This document shows, one piece after another, positions 57,561 to 64,000 of a stretch of 64,000 bases of DNA. Positions within the stretch are counted from its first letter, which is position 1, and each line of letters begins with the position of its first letter. This DNA comes from Eubacteriales bacterium (GTDB taxonomy: Bacteria > Bacillota > Clostridia > Lachnospirales > Lachnospiraceae), in assembly GCA_030536555.1 (NCBI GenBank), contig JAUNPU010000001.1:107814-171813 (forward strand), in the 5' to 3' direction. Under the pieces are notes generated by a model. The model did not search any database. It was given only the letters and a program-made list of their open reading frames with translations, and was not told the origin of the DNA. The translations under genes and the position numbers were made by a program.

Positions 57561-59207
57561 TTATTCTACATTTCTTGATTCATCTGCAATATACTCAAAG
57601 AAATCGAAGTCCGCATAATGTTTGTGTTTTACACGGTCGGCACAGGTGATTCCCACCATGGTACCGGTAAATTCGCCATATTTGCAGTATTCATCGGAGA
57701 ATTTTGTGGTGTCAAATACGCGTCCAATCTGCTCATAGTGCACATTGTCGTAGCTCCATGAGAACCAGGACTTTCTGCCTTCGATATTGATACGCAGATA
57801 TATTGGGCAGTCATCCACCGGAATTCTTGTGTTTAAGAATTCCGTCTTCTCGCCGTTTTCCAGATGGATGATGGAGAGTGCGCTCTGACCTAAGGTTTCG
57901 CTGTAGTATTTGCGCAGATTGATGTAGTTCATGTTGTCATAGTACAGGATAATGCCTGCGCTGTGCTGATGAACTTCTGGTACAAATTCCATCCTGGTTG
58001 TGACTCTGGCGTATACGCTGGTCAGCTTTCTGGCAAGGATGCTCACCTTATTAAGAGAAGTTCGGGATTCCTGACCGCGAAGGCGCACATAGCCCGGTCT
58101 GGCGGTCACATCGGCAAAGCGGCTGGGCATGATGCGCGGCGCATAATAGAAGTTCCCAAGCTCGGGACTGTCAAAGTCATCGAAGGATGGCGCCTTGGGC
58201 ATGGGCACTTCCGGAAGACTGCTTTCCGGCACCTCCAGCTTGGCAAGATTGCTGCCGTCTGCCATGCGGAGCCAGTGGTCCTCGGTCCACATCATCTTCT
58301 GAATGGAGGTCTCCCGACCCAACGTGCAGCGCAGCTCCGGTGCAAAGGGTCTTGCGCACAGGTGCACCAGATAGGTCTCGCCGGTGGGCAGATCCACGTA
58401 GCTGCCGTGTCCGGATTTCTGTAAAATGGACGCGGGATTGTAGTATTTCGGCTTCAAATGATCCGGGTCCTGACGCTCATTAGACATGCCCGGTACGCTG
58501 GTGACAATGGGATTCATGGGGTCTTTCTCGTAAGGTCCCCAGACATTTTTGGAGCGTCCCATGGTCACACAGTGGTTGTATCCGGTGCCGCCTTCTGCGC
58601 ACATTATGTAGTAGTATTCGCCACGTTTGGTCAGGTGCGGCGCCTCGATGCAGCCGCGGTCTGTGCCTCCGCGCCAGACACGTTTCGGATAGCCGATGAT
58701 TTCTTCCTTTTCTGGTGAATATTCTACCATACAGATGACACCCGGCTTCTCATAGCCTTCTCTCGTTTCCCATTCCAGAGAAACGATGTACTTTTTGCCG
58801 TTGTCGTCGTGCAGGATGGAAGCGTCAAAACCGGAAGAGTGCAGGTAGACCGGCTCACTCCATGGTCCTTCGATATTTTTTGATGTAATCAGATAATTGT
58901 CCACATCAAAGTATCGTGCATTCATGGAATTCATGACGCCGTACACTACATAGAACATGTCCTCCGCCTCGCAGTAGGTCAGGCAGGGAGCCCAGATGCC
59001 CTTGGCGCTCGGCAGCTTTTTCAGGTCCACCTTCTCGTCATCGGTCAGCACATGGGTGTACAGTTCCCAGTTCTTTAAATCTCTGGAATGATAGACCGGA
59101 ATGCCGGGAAACCATTCAAAGGTGGAGACTGCCATATAGTAATCGTCGCCTTTCCGGCAGATACACGGGTCCGGGTTAAAGCCCGGGAGAATCGGATTCT
59201 GAATCAT
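57561..59207 (-). CDS. Glycoside hydrolase family 43 (beta-xylosidase/alpha-L-arabinofuranosidase, XynB-like) with C-terminal beta-sandwich domain
   Basis: N-terminal NPILPGFNPDPCICR.GDDYY...STFEWFPG motif, characteristic of GH43 beta-xylosidases. 548 aa. Confidence 0.9.
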   Translation of the reverse strand: MIQNPILPGFNPDPCICRKGDDYYMAVSTFEWFPGIPVYHSRDLKNWELYTHVLTDDEKVDLKKLPSAKGIWAPCLTYCEAEDMFYVVYGVMNSMNARYFDVDNYLITSKNIEGPWSEPVYLHSSGFDASILHDDNGKKYIVSLEWETREGYEKPGVICMVEYSPEKEEIIGYPKRVWRGGTDRGCIEAPHLTKRGEYYYIMCAEGGTGYNHCVTMGRSKNVWGPYEKDPMNPIVTSVPGMSNERQDPDHLKPKYYNPASILQKSGHGSYVDLPTGETYLVHLCARPFAPELRCTLGRETSIQKMMWTEDHWLRMADGSNLAKLEVPESSLPEVPMPKAPSFDDFDSPELGNFYYAPRIMPSRFADVTARPGYVRLRGQESRTSLNKVSILARKLTSVYARVTTRMEFVPEVHQHSAGIILYYDNMNYINLRKYYSETLGQSALSIIHLENGEKTEFLNTRIPVDDCPIYLRINIEGRKSWFSWSYDNVHYEQIGRVFDTTKFSDEYCKYGEFTGTMVGITCADRVKHKHYADFDFFEYIADESRNVE

Positions 59208-59252
59208 GATATAGTCCTCCTTAATTTGATATGAAAATGCTGCGAATCGTCG

Positions 59253-60443
59253 TTATTCTTCTGTCGGGAACCAGCCAAAGTCAACGCTTCTCCCAAGGTC
59301 CCAGCTGTCCCAGCCAATCCAGCCGCTGTCGTTGACCGTGTCAATCAGCAGCTTGTAATTCCAGTAAAAATATCCGCTCCCCTGATTCCAGGCATGAAGC
59401 TGTGCCTTTGCAAGTTCCAGATAAATGGCTTTCTTTTCCTCGTCGCTTAAGGACTCTTCCTGCTTCCCTTCCATGCCGTTTAATACCGACTGACCGCCCT
59501 TGGTATCCCAGCCGCAGGCAAGAGAATTGAACAGACACCACTCACCGCAGATAACCGGAAAATACTGCTGCATTTCCTCAATATCCTTCTCGAAATGTTC
59601 TGTAATGTATGCTTTGTAGCCCTCTACTGTCTGCTCACAGCCATCGGATTCTGCAAACATCAGGTACTGATGAGTGTCCAGTACCACGTTCTGATAAACG
59701 TCCTCCCGCATGAAATCCTTCCATGCAGTCAGCTCAAATCCGTCATGGAATACGATGTATTTTTCAGGCAGAAGATGAGGACGGATGCGGTGGTAGGCAT
59801 TCTGATAGAAGCCTCTTAAGAACTCCAGGGTGTTGGGAGCAGAGCCACGGGCAAGGTTTTTGTCCACAGCCGGATAGCGGATTTCCACGTTCATCTGCTT
59901 CCACATGTTTTCTGTAATCGGCTCGTTCAGAATCTCGATGCCCCAGAGACCGGTTCGCCTGCCGTAGCGCTTTGCCAGACGCTCCAGAACAGTCAGCACG
60001 AACTCCACCTCCGACGGATACTGGGACCATTTGCAGACGCCGCAGATGCCGCCGTTGTCAAAGCCATTCTGTCCCAGCGGGGCGGTGTGCAGGTCAATCA
60101 GAATCTGCAGTCCGTATCGTTCTGCCCAGTTGAATGCCTTATCCAGCTCTTCGATACAGCCGATGAATGGTTCCCGGTCGCCGAAGATGAAGTAGGGAAC
60201 CGGAATGCGGACGGTATTGAAGCCCATGGCTTTGATATGTACAAAATCGCGTTCCGTAATGTATTCCGCCCGGTGAATCTGGATGCGGGCCTCGTATACT
60301 TCACGGGAGAGCTGGCGGGGAAGATAATATTCATCCTCCGCCGTGGTTCCCTGAAAGAGTGCAGGACTCATCCACTTTTCCAGCACCAGCCAGTTCCCCA
60401 GATTGACTCCTTTTATGTTCTTATTTAATCCGTTCATGGTCAT
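59253..60443 (-). CDS. Glycoside hydrolase family 5 (exo-beta-1,3-glucanase/cellulase-like)
   Basis: GVNLGNWLVLEKWM N-terminal motif and EILNEP catalytic acid/base motif. Confidence 0.8.
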   Translation of the reverse strand: MTMNGLNKNIKGVNLGNWLVLEKWMSPALFQGTTAEDEYYLPRQLSREVYEARIQIHRAEYITERDFVHIKAMGFNTVRIPVPYFIFGDREPFIGCIEELDKAFNWAERYGLQILIDLHTAPLGQNGFDNGGICGVCKWSQYPSEVEFVLTVLERLAKRYGRRTGLWGIEILNEPITENMWKQMNVEIRYPAVDKNLARGSAPNTLEFLRGFYQNAYHRIRPHLLPEKYIVFHDGFELTAWKDFMREDVYQNVVLDTHQYLMFAESDGCEQTVEGYKAYITEHFEKDIEEMQQYFPVICGEWCLFNSLACGWDTKGGQSVLNGMEGKQEESLSDEEKKAIYLELAKAQLHAWNQGSGYFYWNYKLLIDTVNDSGWIGWDSWDLGRSVDFGWFPTEE

Positions 60444-61825
60444 TCTCCCTTCTGTGCAGCAGTATTTCTTGCTTTTAAGTCTGCAATGATACCATTAAAT
60501 TCTTCGTCCAGATGATAGAACTTCATAATCGCAAGACCGGCAACATAGACTGCAATCGGAATCCATACAAAGCACACTCTGATGGAAGAAAGTGCAGATG
60601 CGGTCTGAGCAGCTGCATCGCCTACATAGCCGCCCATTTCCAGAATCAGACCCAGCAGTGCGACGCCGACGCCGTTGCCGATTTTGTAGCCGAAGCTGCA
60701 GGCGCTGTTTACCAGACCTTCTGTGCGGTAGCCAGTTTTCCATTCGCCGTAGTCGATGGTGTCAGAAACCATAGCCCACATGGTTGCGCCGCCGCAGGCA
60801 TTTCCGATACCGCGGATGATACTGGAAATAACAATCAATGCCATAGAGCCGCTGGAGAAATTCAGAATCAGCATACCTACGATATCCAGGATCAGACCGA
60901 TGGAAAATACGTTGCGTTTGCCAAGATTTTTTACCAGCTTTGCAATGAAGAACATACCGCAAATCTGTACAATATTGAAGATTCCGTTGATGGTAGATAC
61001 CAGGTTCTTGTCGCCCAAAATGTCTTTTGCGTAATAGACGGTTGCGCCGCCGTTTACGGAGTACATCAGGAAGAACAGTGCCAGCATTCCGGTCATCATG
61101 ATCCAGTATTTATTCTGAAACAGTGCCTTCAGACCTTCTTTGAAGGGAACCGGTTTTGCTTCGCCGTCCGGGGTGGACGCCACTGGCTTGACACGCTCTT
61201 TGGTGCCGAAAAAGTTAATCAAAAATGCTGCAACAGCCAGCAAGCCGAATACGCAGAAGGTCTTGGTCCATGCTGTCGGATTGTCACCGAATTTTTCAAC
61301 CAGTGGAAGAGTGAACGTGTTGATGGTCAGGGTGCCGGCAGTAGCCAGCAGGTTGCGGAAAATGCTCAATACAGAACGCTCGTATGGGTCCTGAGTCATC
61401 AGTGCATTCAGTGCGGAGTAGGGCACGTTGATTGCCGTGTATATGACAGTGGAAACCAGATTGTAGGTAATGAAAACATATACCAGTTTCGGGGTGGCAG
61501 TCCAGCTTGTAGGTACGGAGAACAGCAGGATTCCGGACAGGGCGAAGGGCACGCACATGCGCAGAAGCCACGGTCTTGCCTTGCCAAAGCGTGATTTGGT
61601 GCGGTCTACGATAACGCCCATGATAATATCACTGATTCCGTCGAAAAAACGTGACAGCAGCATGATCAGGCCTACGGCAGCGATGTTTACTCCGGCATAA
61701 TCTGTGTAGTAGAACATGAGGAAGGCTGACATTGCCGTATAGATAATGTTACATCCAAAATCACCGCACCCGTAGGAGAAGCGCTCGACAACTTTTGATA
61801 AGGTTAATTTTGATTCTTTTTCCAT
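60440..61825 (-). CDS. Glycoside-pentoside-hexuronide (GPH):cation symporter family transporter
   Basis: ERFSYGCGDFGCNIIY...FLMFYYTD N-terminal GPH motif and 12 TM helices. ATG at 61825 preferred over the TTG at 61858. Confidence 0.85.
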   Translation of the reverse strand: MEKESKLTLSKVVERFSYGCGDFGCNIIYTAMSAFLMFYYTDYAGVNIAAVGLIMLLSRFFDGISDIIMGVIVDRTKSRFGKARPWLLRMCVPFALSGILLFSVPTSWTATPKLVYVFITYNLVSTVIYTAINVPYSALNALMTQDPYERSVLSIFRNLLATAGTLTINTFTLPLVEKFGDNPTAWTKTFCVFGLLAVAAFLINFFGTKERVKPVASTPDGEAKPVPFKEGLKALFQNKYWIMMTGMLALFFLMYSVNGGATVYYAKDILGDKNLVSTINGIFNIVQICGMFFIAKLVKNLGKRNVFSIGLILDIVGMLILNFSSGSMALIVISSIIRGIGNACGGATMWAMVSDTIDYGEWKTGYRTEGLVNSACSFGYKIGNGVGVALLGLILEMGGYVGDAAAQTASALSSIRVCFVWIPIAVYVAGLAIMKFYHLDEEFNGIIADLKARNTAAQKGE

Positions 61826-62042
61826 ACTCTTATTCTCACTTTCTTTTCTCTCAATCAATCCGGCGCGCGTTGGATTTCTTTGTTTGTTGTAATGAAATTA
61901 TAGCATTATGACGAAGGTGAAGACAGGTGCGATACTGGCGATTATATAGGTCAATATTATCTTTTTTGTTGCGCGATACTAAGAAAGGGGATATAATTGC
62001 AGTATGGTGAGAGATTATATAATAAGGAGGAGAAGGAGCAGG

Positions 62043-62930
62043 ATGAAGAAGGGGAAGCCAGATGATACTTCGCTATACGGGCAGAAGGACCAGATGACTT
62101 ATGAGGTGATACAGGTCCCGAAAACCACGGGGGTTCGATTCTTTACATCGGTGGATCCGGGAAGCTATATTCCCAAGCACTGGCATCATGCGCTGGAGAT
62201 CATCTACATGCAGGAGGGAGAACTGACGGTGATGAGCGGGGCGGCAGTTCGCCAGCTTCATGCGGGAGAGTGCATTCTGATTAATACCGGTGAGATTCAT
62301 TCAACGAAGTGTACCGCACCCAATAAGGCAGTGGTGTTTCAGATTCCCATGGAGTTTATGCAGCAGTATATTCCGGATGTACAGCAGCTTCATTTCTCCC
62401 TGGATGAGCCGACAGATAATCCGGTTCGCAACACAAAGCTTACGATATTTAAGGAAACTCTTACTCAGATGCAGATAGCCAATGACATTCGCCCCGAAGG
62501 GTTTGTGCTGCGATTCAACAGTCTTCTGTTTGAGATTATGTTCCAGCTGTATCACAATTTCAGTGTGAGAGTATTTCGTGCCAACCGGAATCAGAAGGAC
62601 AGGGATATGGCAAGGCTGAACCGGGTGCTGGAATACACGGCGAAGTATTATAACCAGCCGATTTCCATTGAAGAGATTGCGGGAGTGGCATATCTGCAGG
62701 CGGAGTATTTCTGTCGTTTCTTTAAAAAGTGTATGGGCATTACTTATCTGGAATATCAGAATGAGCTGCGTCTGTCGCACATTTATCAGGACCTTATTAC
62801 CACAGAAGATACGATACAGGAGATACTGGAACGCCATGGATTTTCTAATTACAAGCTGTTTCGGCGGGTGTTCTATCAGCATTTCAATGGGACACCCACA
62901 GAGGTGCGGGCGAATCGTCGGAAGTGCTAG
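62043..62930 (+). CDS. AraC-family transcriptional regulator (cupin sensor + HTH)
   Basis: N-terminal cupin (HWHHALEIIYMQEGE) and C-terminal AraC HTH (YFCRFFKK...GFSNYKLFRRVF). ATG at 62043 follows aggaggagaaggag. Divergent from the glycan utilisation genes. Confidence 0.85.
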   Translation: MKKGKPDDTSLYGQKDQMTYEVIQVPKTTGVRFFTSVDPGSYIPKHWHHALEIIYMQEGELTVMSGAAVRQLHAGECILINTGEIHSTKCTAPNKAVVFQIPMEFMQQYIPDVQQLHFSLDEPTDNPVRNTKLTIFKETLTQMQIANDIRPEGFVLRFNSLLFEIMFQLYHNFSVRVFRANRNQKDRDMARLNRVLEYTAKYYNQPISIEEIAGVAYLQAEYFCRFFKKCMGITYLEYQNELRLSHIYQDLITTEDTIQEILERHGFSNYKLFRRVFYQHFNGTPTEVRANRRKC

Positions 62931-62992
62931 TATGGATATGGAATGGTTTTCTGTGCATACTGTCTCATAGAACGATAAAGGAGACAGGATGC

Positions 62993-64000
62993 ATGGAATC
63001 CATATGGAGTAAGACTGTAAAGCTCCCTGCGCGGGAGCCGTTAAAAGAGAATCTTTCGGTAGATGCAGCCGTCATTGGAGCCGGTATGTCCGGTATCCTG
63101 ACGGCTTATTTGCTGAAAAAAAGTGGCATGTCCGTGGCGGTTTTGGAGGCGGACCGGATCGCCGGCGGGCAGACGAAAAATACCACAGCGAAGATCACCA
63201 GCCAGCACGGGCTGACCTACGAAAAGCTGCTGCGCCGGTACGGGGAGCGGAGAGCCAGGCTCTATGCCAGAGCCAACGAGGCGGCGATTCTGGAGTACGA
63301 GATGATCATCCGGGAGAATCAGATCGACTGTCATTTTGAGCGCCTGCCTGCGTATCTGTACACGGTGGAGCCGGAAAACCGGGGAATCCTTTTGAAGGAG
63401 GCGGAGGCGGCAGCCTGGCTGGGACTTCCGGCGCGGTTTCAGGAGCGGGTAAATCTTCCTTTGGAGACCCTGCCCATGAAGACCGCCGGGGCGGTATGCT
63501 TTGAGCGGCAGGCACAGTTCCATCCACTGGAATTTATCCGGGAGATTTCGAAGAATCTGACCATCTATGAAGAGACCAGAGTCTTGTCTGTGAAGGGAAA
63601 GAAGATTCGCACAGATCGGGGTGCGGCGGTGACGGCGGAGCATATTATATTCGCAGCCCACTTTCCATTTGTCAATGTGCCCGGATTCTACTTTGCCAGA
63701 CAGCATCAGGAGCGGAGCTATGTGGTCGCCTATGAAAATGCGGCTGATCTGAACGGAATGTATTACAGCATTGACGAGAACGGACTGTCATTTCGCAACT
63801 ATGAGAACCTGCTTTTCGTAGGCGGAGGCGCCCACCGGACCGGGGAAAATAAGACCGGCGGCAGGTACCGGCAGCTGCGCAATCAGGCGGAGGCTCTGTA
63901 TCCGAAGGCGAAGGAGGTGGCGCACTGGTCAGCCCAGGACTGTATGCCCCACGACGGGCTTCCGTTTATTGGAACGTATTCCATGATGCGGGAAAACTGG
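62993..64000 (+). CDS. FAD-dependent oxidoreductase (DAO family), 3' end beyond window
   Basis: My own translation in the frame of ATG 62993 (RBS aaggaga) gives the dinucleotide-binding motif VDAAVIGAGMSGILTAYLL..SG..VAVLEA. The frame is open to the end of the window. It is absent from the track because no stop lies in the window. Confidence 0.75.
   Translation, partial: MESIWSKTVKLPAREPLKENLSVDAAVIGAGMSGILTAYLLKKSGMSVAVLEADRIAGGQTKNTTAKITSQHGLTYEKLLRRYGERRARLYARANEAAILEYEMIIRENQIDCHFERLPAYLYTVEPENRGILLKEAEAAAWLGLPARFQERVNLPLETLPMKTAGAVCFERQAQFHPLEFIREISKNLTIYEETRVLSVKGKKIRTDRGAAVTAEHIIFAAHFPFVNVPGFYFARQHQERSYVVAYENAADLNGMYYSIDENGLSFRNYENLLFVGGGAHRTGENKTGGRYRQLRNQAEALYPKAKEVAHWSAQDCMPHDGLPFIGTYSMMRENW

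Noticed and set aside
1-64000. Search for CRISPR arrays, rRNA genes and large tandem repeats
   Set aside because: Scanning by eye found no regularly spaced direct repeats of 24-40 bp and no rRNA-like conserved blocks. The only tandem repeat noted is the 21-bp duplication at 51140-51181.

Overview
Chromosomal segment of a Gram-positive anaerobe, Clostridia/Lachnospiraceae-like judging from gene content, RBS style and roughly 55-60% GC coding DNA by hand counts. Most of the window is ordinary housekeeping and carbohydrate metabolism. This includes an ABC importer operon, tcdA, an Rrf2 regulator, nadE, NfeD/SPFH, argF, birA, mutY, rpoD, queH, HPr, dus, FprA and darA. It also includes a SpoIID-domain protein, two TRAP transporter clusters, a YesM/YesN-type two-component system, a purine deaminase plus NCS2 permease pair, a PPi-type phosphofructokinase and a GH43/GH5/GPH/AraC glycan locus.

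Four regions stand out.
1. A ~6.9 kb, very AT-rich integrated element at 47955-54930 is bounded by ~54-bp direct repeats. It carries a tyrosine integrase, an excisionase-like protein, a P4/D5-type primase-NTPase, two XRE regulators and several orphan genes. One orphan is a separately transcribed 416-aa protein with no motif I can recognise.
2. A ~600-nt purine-rich, ORF-free unit at 24473-25107 has a near-consensus promoter and an intrinsic terminator. It is a candidate large ncRNA.
3. A ~230-nt structured leader or sRNA at 26334-26567 lies between a strong promoter and a terminator, upstream of an AI-2E transporter gene.
4. An ~8.3 kb lower-GC metabolic island at 30131 to ~38460 has its right boundary inside a histidine-kinase ORF, which suggests a mosaic sensor.

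I found no rRNA, tRNA or CRISPR array by eye. Many long ORFs in the track are antisense shadows of GC-rich genes and are not reported as genes. All family assignments come from recognised sequence motifs only; no database search was possible.
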